From Eledone cirrhosa (lineage: Eukaryota), in NCBI GenBank assembly GCA_964016885.1, contig OZ024742.1:214892001-214956000 (forward strand): DNA of 64,000 nt, in the 5' to 3' direction. The notes beneath the pieces are model-generated. The model saw nothing but the letters and a program-made list of their open reading frames with translations, was not told the origin of the DNA and made no database searches. Shown here one piece after another: positions 12,662 to 26,706 of the stretch. Each line of letters begins with the position of its first letter. Positions within the stretch are counted from its first letter, which is position 1. The position numbers were made by a program, and so were the translations under genes.

Positions 12662-12848
12662 AATTGTTTCTACTTTAGGCACAAGGCCAGCAATCACCCA
12701 GTGCATTACTGGTACTTTATTTTATCGACCCCGTAAGGATGAAAGGCCAAGTCAACCTCGGCGAGATTTGAACTCAGACCGTAAAGGGACGTAACTATGC
12801 TGGAAAGCATGGCGTCCGATCCTCTACCGATACTGCCAATCCACCGCC
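12662..12848 (-). mobile_element. tRNA-derived SINE, full length
   Basis: Reverse complement of the SINE consensus including the ggcggtgg start and A/B boxes. Confidence 0.92.
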
Positions 12849-13747
12849 TAATATGAAATAATTATACATTATGTAAATATGTTTAATTCTAATATAAACA
12901 TGTACTTTTCCGTGGCATTTTAATGTTTAGTTTGGAGAATCCTGTTTGCAGTGTTGTTTGAATTATTTGAAGTATACAAGAGCGTATACATTTCCGAAAT
13001 GAAAACTATTTTATCTTGATTAATTAGTTTTTATATATTTTTAGGTTTATGAATATTTTAATTATTAACTCTATTTGTAGCCATCCTAGTAAACCCCCAA
13101 TGTTTCATCATATATTTTAAAAAACGAATCTGCTAATGGGTCGGATGGAAGGCAATTAATTATTGATATAAAACTTGTGAAGTGTTTTAACAATCCTCTA
13201 TGAAAACAAGAACTTAGAGGCGTTTTTGCAAACGCTTACACTAGGGACAATACGGTAAAAAATATTTATATCCATAATGGATATATATTTAGCAACATAA
13301 TGTAAAAGAACACCCCGGTTGAAGCGATATAATGATATAATTTCTATTTTGGTTTAAATATCTTTATTTTTTCAAGCTGTTCTCGGAATTGAAATAAACA
13401 CGTTGTTCAGAAATGCTCATGTTCTTCGAAGTTCTCATTCACCCCTTCAGATTTCTTATACTTGAACATACATAGCTTATTCTTTTGTGGTTCGAAATGA
13501 CTACGCTACAAGGAATCAACACTACCAACTCTGGTATCGTACGCTAATTGAGTGTATCAAGCAGCCACTTCTTCAAATGCAACAAAGCGCTACGTAATAC
13601 CATATTCGAGAGCAACCACCTATATAGATATGAAAATCCTGTTGAGTTACAACACATTCTCTGCATCACGCCGTGAACACAGACCTTTAAATCTCAGTCG
13701 ATGGGAACCATTCCAAATACGCAATTATTAATGATTATACATTGAGT

Positions 13748-13936
13748 GTGGTGGATTGGTAGTATCAGTAGAGCGTCGAACAACATGTTTTGCATCATAG
13801 ATTTACGGTACTTTACGGTTTGAGTTCAAATCCCGTCGAGGTTAACTTTGCCTTTCATCCGTATGGGGTCGATAAAATAAAGTAGCAGTAATGCACTGGA
13901 ATAATTGTTGGCCTTGTGCCATAAGTAAAAACAATT
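13748..13936 (+). mobile_element. tRNA-derived SINE
   Basis: A/B boxes and core, with imperfect TSD attata(c)att(g/a)agtg. Confidence 0.9.
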
Positions 13937-14529
13937 ATATTAAGTGCATATTATCATAACCTATCAATTCTAATCATTAGTAGCCTGAAACAAATCTTCA
14001 AATTTACTAAAATACTGAGTAACAACTTTAATGAGAATCTTTCGATGATATCACTTATCATTAACCTAACGGATACTGCATTTATTAGTATCTGTCTTCT
14101 ATATTTGGTACTGCAATTTTGCTACAGAAAAATACATTTTAGATTACATTTAAAGAATAGACACTTAATTATCTCGTTTAAGTTGCGTACAAAGTCGTTC
14201 CAATTTCTGACACACAGATAAGAACTCTTCCTTCTGTGTTGCTTTACTGTTACTTCAATGTCTCGTCCCACCACCACCCAGGCACTTGTGATCTCTACTT
14301 GTCTTAAGCCTATCGTCTCCTCTACCAAGATCACATTAACCAGTAAACAAAGTTCTTTGTATCAAAAATGATTGATATTTCAAATACACTTTCAGTATAC
14401 GTATTTGCACCTGCCATGCTGTCGCAACTATTTCAGAAGTAGCTTCAGCCTTTCCATCTTAACAATCTCAAATAGAATGGGAATATTATAACCATAGCAA
14501 ACTTCTTTACAACAAACCACAAATGAAAA

Positions 14530-15210
14530 TAATTTCCAAAATGATCCGGTGACGGGTAAAAGAACGATAGACGTATATTTCGAAAGTTTGTTGACCCCCA
14601 ATGCACATTAGATGCAGGGGAATAAGAAGGTGATGTTGATTGATTTCTCTGAATTCAGGCGTTGTGCATCACAAACAAGCATCAGAAGTATAAACAATTA
14701 CAAAATAATTGTTTCTACTGTAGGTACAAGGCCAGCAATTAACCAGTGCATTACTGGTATTTTATTTTATCGACCCCGTATGGATGAAAGGCAAAGTCAA
14801 CCTCGGCGGGATTTGAACTCAGATCGTAAAGGGACGTAATTATGCTGGAAAGCATGGCGTCCGAACCTCTACCGATACTGCCAAGGAAATAGACCGACGT
14901 ATTCGTGATGCTGAACGGAATTGTTGGAAACGGAAAAACTGGCAACTTACTCATGACCAAACCCTGGCTAATTCCTCGCAGCTAATGAGCAGTTCCGCAG
15001 CATAGGAAAACATTTCGCTCGTTCACCAGTTTCCTTGCTCAACAGAGCTTCCTCTATCTGAATTATTTGAAAGTCGAGAAGACACCAAGTGGAATGTGAC
15101 AGACATCTTGAGCGCAATGAGGAAACATTCAAGATGTGCTTCGAAAAGTGGCTTAGTTGCTGGTTTAAATGTGTAGAGGCACAAGAGATCTACTTCAAAG
15201 AAATCAAGGC
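14530..15210 (+). pseudogene. Tc1/mariner transposase relic, split by a SINE
   Basis: KKVMLIDF (cf. mariner KVMLxVFFD), WQLTHDQ (cf. WxLHHDNA) and CFEKWLSCWFKCVEAQEIYF (cf. the C-terminal W..RW.KC....G.YF motif). Confidence 0.65.
14707..14883 (-). mobile_element. tRNA-derived SINE
   Basis: Reverse complement of the SINE consensus. Confidence 0.9.
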
Positions 15211-15551
15211 ACTGAATCCCACTGTGTACGCAATGTTATTATTCCCAGGCTAAGATTGGAAGCCTATAGTAGTATGCTGAAAAAGTACCGAAAACCTTTT
15301 TTTGTCAACTAATTTTAATATTGGTATGATTACAGTAACAAACCTGTTCATAATGGCCTGTAGTTTAATTTGATATTAGTAAAATCTGATAGTTCAGATA
15401 TAGTAATCTTGCAACTAATACAAGCTAAAGACCTACAATCAGGAATGAGCAGCAAAGCACTCGATAAGGTTGCAGGCCTTAGAGTAATAACATACGTTAT
15501 TAAACAATATCTCCGATAGGTTTCTATGGCACTCAAATCAGCAATCGTACT

Positions 15552-15678
<127 letters not shown>

Positions 15679-16262
15679 ATATTGAGAGAGAGAGAGATAT
15701 AAAATGATAATCTTCGTTACTGCGACCAGAAAGATCACAAATGAAATAAGTACTCGATGCAGTAGATGTTCTGCGCAGTCGGCAATTTTTGGTAGTTAAC
15801 TTTTCTAGATTTCATTAGGAAAATTTCTCGGATGTAAGCGGGATAAGTGAAGGGGTGAGAGGGGGAGGGATGGCACAAGAAGAGAAAAGGAGGAAGACAG
15901 AATGCGAAATAAACGGAGAGGCGAGATAGTAAAGTGAATAGAAGAAAATAAAGATAAAAAAAGATAATAAGATAAAAAGGGAATACGTCATAAGAGGGTC
16001 GTTCCAGAGGAAATATAATGGTAAGGTCCAATGACAGGCCACAGGGTTATTGTTAGCATGGTAAAATTTCAAACTTGTAAAATTGATGAGTCGAACTAAG
16101 GTCTATTGAGCTTTTGTATGGAGAAACATTACTTTAAATATTCAATATATATACGATACTTTATCAAAGCATATACATCTAACTATATATCGATTTATCT
16201 ATCCCTCTATCTGTTTGTCCGTCTATCTGTCTCACTATATATATATATATATATATATATAC

Positions 16263-16355
<93 letters not shown>

Positions 16356-16377
16356 GAGAGAGAGAGAAAGTGAGAAA

Positions 16378-18882
16378 CTATCCTGGAATTCAATAACGAA
16401 TATTGGACTAGAGCTGATACTTCCAACAATTTTGATATCACAGTGGGTTCGTCGGATTCAGCGCAATTGACGGATTTCATTGGAAGCTTTATTTTGAATT
16501 CTTTAAATCGGAAAATTCCTTAACTTCGCGGTGGAATTTATCGTGACGATGCCCCTTTTACTGTCTTAAACTATAACCTAGTTAACCTTAATATTATTAA
16601 GAATAATATACTTGATCTATTTAAGCACCATAACCTAAAAATTGAAATTGAAAATAACGTCAAACTAGCTAACTTCCTGGATGTATCTCTTAATCTTGAC
16701 GCCGACCTATATTACCCTTACCATAAAGACAATGAGAATCTAAATTATGTTAATTTTAAATCTAACCATCCTATTAACGTTAAAAATAGTATAGTCAGTA
16801 ATGTTGAAAAAAGAATCTCAAATCTATCTTCTACTAAATTTATCTTTGACGCTAAAGCCAATTATCACAACAATGCACTTTCCAGAACCGGTTATCCCGA
16901 CAAAATTAAATACAGTAAAGAAACCAATCATGGAGGAACTTATAGTAATATAGTTAGTTATAAACATTCCAATAGCATAAAGAAAAGACCTATATATAAA
17001 AATATGATTTGGTACAACGCTCCCTTTTCTCTATCTATTATTAGTAATATTCCTAAACTATTTTTAGGACCTTAGATAAATGCTTCCGTCCTTCACATAT
17101 TTATGGAAAGATCTTTAATAAGCATACAATTAAATTTTCTTATTCCACCACTTCCAACATCTCTAACATTATATCAAAACATAATACTAAAATGTTAAGT
17201 AATAAATCATATCCATCCAACACTGAGCGTCATAATAATAATAGTAAGCCAATGTTAACTCTAGGCTAGATTCCGTAAATTTAAATTTGTCGTCAAACGT
17301 AACTTTGTCGGATGTTCATAATACCAATCTAAATCAGAAAACTTTAGCACCTATCGTAAGTAACTTCTCCAATCAATTCCTTCTATAAATAATACTGGGT
17401 CACTTACTAATAACTCTGGTAATTTCTCTAATCGTAATTTCAATTGCCCTATTAGAACTAAATGTCCTGTTAGTAACCATTGTCTTGATCAAAATTTAGT
17501 GTATGAATGTAAGGTTTTAACTGGTACTAATTATTTTACCTATTTTGTTCCATTTCTCCTTCCTTTAAGGCAAGATTTTATAATCACAATTCTTCGTTTA
17601 AATACCAACTTAAAAGAACTAACACACCACTCCCAGGACTCATATGGTCCTTAAAGGTCAAAAATATTAACTACAACATTTCTTGGAGAAAGGTTTGCAA
17701 CGCCTCTCCTTACCTTAATTCTTCCCTATCCAGAACATGTAATCTCTGCCTACCGGAGAAATTTACCATTATCTAATTTTAATTCTATAATAAATAGACG
17801 TACGGATTTATTTTCGCTTTGCTTGCATAAATCCCATACAACTTTCCATAAAGTATACAGCTAATATCTTACTACGAAAGTTTAAAATATTTTATTTTTC
17901 TAAAACACTTTTATATTTTTTACAAATAGACCCATCTTTCTACCTTAATTCAGTATATTATACAAAATTACTCATACTATGTCGCTAGCGGTCCCTTAAT
18001 GTTCTTCTTTTTTAATTTCTAATCTTTAATCTGCAACTTTTACTTCTCAATTAATTCTTAATTCATCTTATAACTCACTATAGCATTTTCCGTATATTCT
18101 CGACCATACAAATTTTTATTTTTAATATATACTAATATTACCATTAAAGAAATTTTGTAAACATATACGTTATATATTTTTTCTTCCTTGAATTTTTTTC
18201 TTTCTTCTCTCCTTCCATGCTCGTATTAAATCTATTATTTACTTTTTCCTATTACAATATATAGAAACAAACTTGAACCCCAATTAATTCCTCTAAGTTC
18301 ATAATTAGTTTAACCTTATCTTCTTAATATATTTTATTTTAATAATACATTTTAATAAATTCCTTTTCGCCCATCTTATTAAACCCCTCAATATATAAAC
18401 CTTAAATAAATAGTATTCTTAATTCCTTTTTCTTTAATCAGAAGCATCACCATTCATAAACCTCATTAACTTTAAATTTCTAAATTTTTTAAAATTATGT
18501 ATTATCTTACAACGGTTTTTTTAAATCTTTCTCTGTGAGACAGTGTTTCTCAGTATTAAAGATTATATCTCTCTCTCGCTCATTTTCTCCTCCGCTCTCA
18601 TCCTTCCTTCTTATACTCCTCCTCCATCATCCTTTCCTTATTATTATTTTCTTTCTTCTATCTATATTTTTTCTTCCTCTTCTTTACCGTTTCTTTCCCC
18701 ACTTCCTTTCCTTTTTTCCAATCTCATATATCCTTCTTATTTTATTTTTCATATGTTGATTTAACAGATCACTTCTCGCAAGTGTTTTTTTAAGCTTCAT
18801 ATCATGTCTCCCTATTTTATCTGATGAGAACGCAAATATCATCCCATGATGATATTTGTTTTTGAAATGCGCATAATATATA
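16378..18882 (+). mobile_element. Naiad-like Penelope element, 5'-truncated, with long AT-rich 3' region
   Basis: RT motifs FDITVGSSDSAQLTDFIG, YRDD (~16539), NFLDVSL and SNHP; WYNAPFS; NCP..TKCPV..HCL...LVYEC; CNLC...EKF. Many stops and frameshifts. Ends in a hammerhead next to (TA)n. Confidence 0.85.
18812..18882 (+). ncRNA. minimal type I hammerhead ribozyme motif
   Basis: CTGATGA (18821), long stem II caaatatcatc/gatgatatttg, GAAA (18864), palindromic TGCGCA, then TA. Confidence 0.75.
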
Positions 18883-19156
18883 TATATATATATATATATA
18901 TAACACATATAACAGAGACATATGGGATGGGGATTATTATGTGTGTTAATGATAATGATTATAACGATGATGCGCATGATGATCATAATGATAATGATGA
19001 TGATTATGAAGTGAATTGTCATAGGAGCACCTGGACATTCCTGGAGGTAAATTGTGGTAAACAATCCATGTTCACCGTAAGTCTTATATTTGAGTTGCAT
19101 TCATCAAGCTCGTTTAAATAACGATGAGGTTAATAGAAACTGTTTGGTGATGCAAT

Positions 19157-19276
19157 AATTGTTTCTACTTTTGGAACAAGGCCAGCAATTATCACAGTGT
19201 ATTACTGGTACTTTATTTTATCGACCCCGTAAGGATGAAAGGCAAAGTTAACCTCGGCGGGATTTGAACTCAGACC
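19157..19276 (-). mobile_element. SINE, 5'-truncated
   Basis: SINE 3' two-thirds with TSD tggtgatg(c/t)aataat. Confidence 0.9.
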
Positions 19277-22200
19277 ATGGTGATGTAATAATATTATATT
19301 TTCAGAACGGATTACCAACACGAAACGCACATTTTGACTCTGCAACTCTGGAACTTTAGTCATTCTTGTTCATATACCAATCGCGAAAAGGCTGAAAATA
19401 TTCACATGGAAAGCTATTAATTGCCGTTGGACTGTGACAAGTTTCCTTCATTTGATGGTATTCAGTTTGTTACGTGCTCTACTTGAAAAGATCTGGTACA
19501 TCTTTATCGGCATTAAATAGAGGAATCGCAACGTATAATTACACCGAATTTGATTTAAAAATGCAAAGACGAAAACGAAAGCCACAAAATATGCTAATTG
19601 CTTCTCTGATGGTGCGAGTTTATCATACTTTCCGTCATCTTCAAAATATTCTCTCCAAATTGTATTTGTAATTTGCTTGGTTTGTACACAATCAAGTTCA
19701 TCAAATAACAAGTCTGTGTTTTTTGTAAAACCTTATTGTTTTCTTCTAAATTGTCATCAGTGTTCATATGTCATTACTTTAGTTCAATTTGGATTTGAAG
19801 TGTTATTTGGCAGTGAATTTCACGTCACTTATTTATATATTCCCAGAAATTATATAAGGAGTAGCCTGGCAAATACATTTCGGCAGTCAAATTCTGTCAT
19901 GATCATAACACTCTATCTCCTTCTAAATACTTCGATTATGTCATTATTGATTTATAAGTGCTCATTGCAACCAAATGTCCTCTCAAAACGTTCTTTCTTT
20001 TCTTTAGAAATTACCTTCTGTTTGCAGATGTAAGTAGTTTTCTATGTAATAGTATTGCAGATGAATTATTTGCATCGTATATAAAAGTGAGTTATTGATT
20101 GAAGATTTTATAGTTTGCCATATGTTTACTCCTAGGATTATCTCAGTGAACCAACAAGCCACAAGGTCTTCTTTTGGCTATGTTAGTATGTTATTAAATA
20201 TGTCTGCTAGCACTTTGACCCTAAGCAGTTTCTTCAAATGTTTTAAGTCTAGAGTGATAGGGGACAGGTGGTAGAAACACTAAAAGGAATCAACTTTCCA
20301 GGGACAACTGTTCATATGCTTGAACGAAGCACTGGCTCAGGGGGGATAGTGAAACAATGCATTTCTGCAACATCATACTATAACTGTCGAGAGACAGTTG
20401 TTATGAGCTGGTTGTCTGGTCTGGTACAAATCTCATGGTTAATCAAACGAATTTTATGTATAACTTCAAGAAGTGTTTACAGTTATCTGATGGATATGGT
20501 TACAGAACGGTATATTCCGAATTCTCAACCAAGGGAAGGGTTTATACGACTGATAGTATGTTAATTCCCCCGCGCTAGCTTGCTCGATACAACGATTAAA
20601 GGGTGTTGCGTTTGTCGTCTGCATTTCTGTTATAAATTAAACACCTGTGCAATTCCGGGCAAATCTTTCCTTGATAAACCTTATCTCGTGTAATGCACCG
20701 CAGAAGTAGGATGAGCAACAAAACTGGCTTCAGTGAGACTTTCACAATTATTTCGTATTACCGGTTAGGAGCCTATGTTCATTTACTTTATGTAGAATAT
20801 ATGAGATCCGATGTTCTGTTGATCAATCCGTCGGTAGCACGCTTTTCACTAAGGTCTCTGCATTATGGCAATGCTTAAATATAGACGAAGGTTATAGTGT
20901 TTGTAGCAAGTGCTGGAGCTATGAATACATTCCAGAAACCTCAAGCTTTTGAAGGCTGATGGGTTCTTACGCTCTAACGACAATGACATGGTGCCTGAAA
21001 CAATTCTACACACATTTAGACAGGGAGTTGAAAACGTCAACAACCTGCAAGTAAACAATTGTTCGCAATTTCAGTTAGTTGATTACACATCACAAATTGT
21101 TATATTTATATTCGAATTAGATAAGTAGAGAAACTGAATTTATTTTAGCTGACACGCTTTTCAAGCACCAGGTAGCAGAATTAGTGCAGTCTTCAAAGCT
21201 GGGTGTTGTCGTAAAATCTGATCGTTTTAGAAACGATGTTGCAACAGAAAATCAGACAAGAAGCGAGTTGAACAATTACAAGATTCAAACAGGAACATCA
21301 TCGCTAACGAGGTTTTAACGACCTTCGATGGCATTATTCACGCAAAGAACGAACAATATTTTGTCTATACAACATGTGCTCTAGATATTAAGTGAACGAA
21401 CATCGTTAGCTGAACTCGAATAGTGAAAACGTAGCAAGGTACGAAAGCCCCACGCCAGGTTTTGACTGATCATAGTAGGTATATATGGATAATTAAGTAT
21501 AAAGTATTTTGTATGTTATAACTGACTGGCAAACTATTTTGTCATTAAGCAAATTAATATTTATTACTACTGTGGTTCCTCTATATTTAAAACAATATAA
21601 TTTTTTACGTTTCTATTATAGCCAGGTTAGATTCCAGCATTAACCTTAAAATATTATAACAATAAACAGTAGTCTACAGGCAGAATATGTCAAATATTTC
21701 CATTTTTTATCATTTATTATTTATGTTGCAGGAAATGAGAATATCTCACCGATGTGTCGAAATACCACTAATACTTCTAAGAAATTAGTGGGAGAAAACC
21801 TGCTATCACAAATAACGTTTGGATGAGCAGTGTAAATAAAGTTGAAAATATATATTTAAGCTGGTGTAACTTTGAGAACTTGCAGGAGCATAAACTATTT
21901 ATGAAGTAGCGTCTGTTAAAGTCATAACTCTAATCCAAGTGCTTGATAATATTGCTGACCATTTGGACAGTTCTCATAATTACATTACACTGCAGTTGAT
22001 ACCAAACCAAATATGGACAAAGCAATTTATTTTTCTCATCATTGCCAAATTTTCCCAAATTGATCTACTTGAGGTTCTGAAAAGGTATTGATGTTAGTCA
22101 TTAGAAAATAATGTAAAACTCCCAAAGGTGTCAAATTATCCACCAGGAAAGCTTATTGGTACATATTATAGAGTTGTACGTCACTTCGGAATGGAATTCC

Positions 22201-23782
22201 ATCAGTTGCATTCAATGCGAATGAGTGGAAGTTGCAAAAAAAAACATTCTCGATAAAAGAATCAAATAATAAAAAAATACATTTCTAAATGTAATTTTGT
22301 TTTCAGAATAAATATTTAAAACGGCACAATTATGACAATATTTAGGTTTTCTGCCTAATATTGTACGTATTTTCATCAATTTCAATTTACCGTAAGGTTT
22401 AGCATATGTAAGAAAATACCCAAGTGTAAAATAATGAAAATAAAATGTATGCATTATGATTTGGTTTTATTTGTAAACCCTCACAAACACCTTTCCGGCG
22501 TTTGCGAATTAAGGTAAAAAAGTGTCACTTTCCGTTTCCTTTGATTTCCTAATAGTAACAAATACTTGAAAATGTCAAAAAGGTTAGTGCACGGCTGCTA
22601 CATTGACACAATTCTACCTAAAAAACAAAAAAAAACAACAATAACAACAACAACAACAGCAGCAGCAACAAAACGGTAGTAGTAGTAGTAGTTGTTGCAG
22701 ACAAATTTAGAGTACTATTGAAATAATTGATATAAAGTTTGTGCGTGTTTTAAACAGCTGACATGATACAATGAAGTAAGTTGTTTAGATTCATCATACT
22801 ATCTCAGATAAAACTAATTCTGCAACAATTAAAGCTACCGCAATTTCAAAATGATTTCACTGAAAAATCCTGAAAGGCGCTTAAGTGTCACCCTTTGTTA
22901 TTATTATTATTTAAATTGCGTTCATATCTAATGCAAATTATATCCAATATATGCACGTACGTGCCATGCAATCAGTACGTGAAGCAACGGATCTAAACAT
23001 GATAGAATATGCTTTATGCCATATATATATGAGTGTATCGGTGCTTTATGTGACATCGACGGCGTCTTGGGTAATTTAGTTTAGGCTACAGTGTATGATC
23101 TGATATGACATCGCAACCTAGAGACTCTCCTAATTGCAAAATGTTTCTGACACGTTTAAAATGACGTTATCTCTGAAAGGTAAATGGCATTTGCGCAGCG
23201 ATATATAGATACTTCCAGTTCACTAGAACCAGGACAGAAAAGAACCATATATATATACGACGAAAGAGATTTTATGGTGGACACGTCTAAAACGACTGAA
23301 GACAAACTCTTTCCTCTTCGCCGCAGTCCCGATTAACTTCTTCAGGTTTCGATTGAAACTCAGGTGGATCGAAGCAGTTTATTAGATATGCACCGGTAGA
23401 TTGGTGGATTATTTTGATGTGGTACTTGCCCTGGTGGTCAGGATAACCGTATCTCTCTGTTGGCTATATCCAAGTGTGACCCTCGGAAGTTCCTCCTGTT
23501 GGGGAATTTACATTGTTTGAATTTGTTTTATATCTTGTTATATGACTTTTCTATACGCTAAAACGTAACTTGTTCCATCCTTTCAACTAATGCGTCTGTA
23601 ATATTCCACCCTGAACTTCCTTTTGAGATAATGTACATTGTCTAATATTTGTACGTCCAGGTTAGGTTTGGTCTAATTCATTTATATATTTTCATTTTTG
23701 CATGATACTAGTCTTTCATTTTCCTCTTCACAGGCCTACCATAGCGTATTCTTTTAATCCGAATCTAACATCTACTCCCGAA

Positions 23783-23822
23783 ATAATTGTTTCTACTTTT
23801 TGGCACAAGGCCAGCAATTATC
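23783..23822 (-). mobile_element. SINE 3'-terminal stub
   Basis: aattgtttctactttttggcacaaggccagcaatta. Confidence 0.75.
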
Positions 23823-26671
23823 CACATTAAGATATTGTTGTATTATTCTAATTGCACATCTGCTGCAGAATACTAATCGAGATGATCGTTTGTCCTCCTA
23901 TACCACCTGTATCTAAGTTCAATTCTGATTAAGATATTTGCTTCGGGTATCAGTGTTAGATAGAAGAACGTGGGAAGGGGAGACAGAGAGTGTGTGTGAA
24001 CGTTTTGAATATTCCTTTAATAAAAATTGCTCTAATTGTATAGTTCTTGCTCTTACTGTATTTGTAGATTTGTTGCCATTTACACTTGACCAGTTACTGT
24101 ATATTATTATTTCTGCTAGTTTATTTTCAACTGGTTTTCCCATTATCCGCATGTAGGAGAAAATGTAAAAATTCTTCTGGAGGTCAACTATGCCATATTC
24201 ATACTGTAATAATTCGCGATGTTTCGTAATTAATTCTTTCCTACTCTTTAATAAATAGTTTGTTCGCTTGTTTTCTATTTTGCAATTTAGGTTTATTAGG
24301 TTGTAGAAAGCGGGTTTTGTGTGTAGGGCCTTCAGGATTTCTTGCTTTTTTTTAAACCAAGTCAGGTGTGGACTCAGGTTGCATCGCACTCAGTTTTTCT
24401 GATAGGCATGTTATAGGTCAAGTACCAGGTACTGGTTGTTCACAGTTGCTTATGTTTTGGTTACTTCTATAGTAATGGATCCACATGATTTTCAAGATGC
24501 TTATTTTATTTTCATCTTCGCTACTCCTAATCTTTAATTTCTTTAATCTATTTGATGTTTGATTTTACTATATTATTGATAAAATAGCTTAGGGTTTCTT
24601 TAGAAAACAAAATCGTTTTCATTCTTCATATCAGCGGATTGATTGTGTTTCGCAAACATATTTTATTTCTGACATGGTTTTTTATACTCTGGATTTCTGT
24701 TTTTACATATAGCATCCCCACTTCATATTCCTAAGTTATGTTTTTTTTATATTGTTATGCTTGAAGATGAAAAGTTATTTTATCTTACATTCAATCTTTA
24801 TTTTACATATCTCTTTCTGATGTTTGCTTATGTTTCGATATCCTACATTAGTAGATCTGGAGAAGCCCACGCATTTCTTTGTAATTATAGTGGCTCACAT
24901 ATATAATATTTAATTTATACTTGAAATACATTCTGAGTTTTATTAATATTAATATTATCTTCTTTTCAACTTTATATATTTTGTTTAGAATTTCTAATTG
25001 TATGTTCATAGTTGGATGTAATCTTTAAATATATGATTGTAGATACTGACTCAACTTTGAAAATATTGTAATAACAGTGTTTTCTAAATATCTCATTTCC
25101 AGATGTGTTTAAACAGCATCATTTTCTTCGGAGTACTTCTGAAATAATACATTCCATTATTTTCTATATTTTTTTAATGGTTTTCATTGAATAAATTGTA
25201 AAATAATTCGCATACATCAAGGCTTTTTTCGTATTATTCATTGGCTGTCATGATTCATTGGACTGAAACTATGATGGTTTACCGCCTCCATATAAAAAAT
25301 GATAATATTTATATTCCTTACAAGTTACAACTACTTACCTTCGCAGAGAATCTAAAATTCACAAACATAGAGTTTGATTGTTTAATTAAATATTCATACG
25401 TTACCCCAAAGTATTTTAGAAAACAATTCTGCATTATTCATATAATATTAAAATATGAAAAGAAAATTACCACAGAATGGATTATATGAATCGGAATTAA
25501 TGAAAATTTATATTTGTTTATAGAAGTTATTCGAATAGCAATTGAAATAAATTATACATCAGGATTCCATTTCAGATGACACATTGAAGGGAGTTGGGAT
25601 CTGTGGGTATAATGGTGTTTAGGCAATATATCTAAAATAGACAGAGAAAAGATATTTCGTTTCATGAGTATAATTAGAATTTCCTATAAATGCAATAAAT
25701 TGAAAAATACTAAATTTATAATATAAATAACATGATAACAGAAGCCGCATGAATTTTGTCAAAACATCCTAAGGATAATTCTCTACATCTATATGAAACA
25801 AATATTTGAGATATTTGAGGTGAGTTAGTTTATCATTTACGCTGCATTTTATCGACTGCATTTGGAGTTTGCCAAATATCAGAAATCAATTTACTCTTAT
25901 GCTGTATATATTTCGTATTCAATGATACGGAAATCGGGAACATATATTAAACCGAAATCAAATAAATAATCTGGTATATATTCAATAAAGTAAATTTGGA
26001 TTTGTGTCGTTGAATACATGATAAATAGGTAAAATCCAGGATAAGGTTTCATGATTTCTAATAAAATAAATATAATTGTTTCAATTACTTTGTTTCTATA
26101 ATATATCTTACATGTAAAAGATTTCTTTGAATAATGAAAATATACATTTAGAATAGAATAAAAAGTAGGTCTCTCAAAAATGGTGACTCTTCTTTTTGTT
26201 GACGAAATCATTGCACAATTGTGCAGAAGAAAACAAATGTTTAGCATTAACTATTTCGAAGGAATTCTGCATTTCTTTCTTCACATTGAATAAATGTTGT
26301 TTCAATACAATAAGAACATTTTGGAGAAGATGAAATGGTACTTTGCACAAATATTGAAATATATTCCCTTCATCGATCACCAGGATTTCAGTTCATCGAG
26401 AGAAATATATTTTAATCCATTGTTAGATTCACTATTCAAAGTTTGATGCATTTCTTCATTCGACAAGAGAGCAAGGGAGCCTAAATTCCATTTTATGTGC
26501 AAGCAATATTTTGTAGAACCTCAGTTCATGAACTTAATCAGTTCCTGAATACCTTCTCGTCACGCAAAGCATTCCTACCGAAACTATTTTCTCATATGAA
26601 ATTTTGAGAGAAGCAAAATAAAGTACATTGAGGATACATATTAGTTGAATGCGGGAAATAATTGGAAACGA

Positions 26672-26706
26672 ATTTGACATTTTAGACGCTATCTTTCATC
26701 AGGCGT
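26672..26706 (-). ncRNA. decayed hammerhead motif (Penelope pLTR relic)
   Basis: Minus strand CTGATGA-aagatagcgtct-aaaa-tgtc aligns with the 10.7 kb motif. The differences resemble CpG decay and GAAA is lost. Confidence 0.45.

Noticed and set aside
23250-23765. Possible solo LTR on the minus strand (gggagtaga followed by TGTTAG)
   Set aside because: No second LTR, clear CA end, TSD or linked pol sequence.
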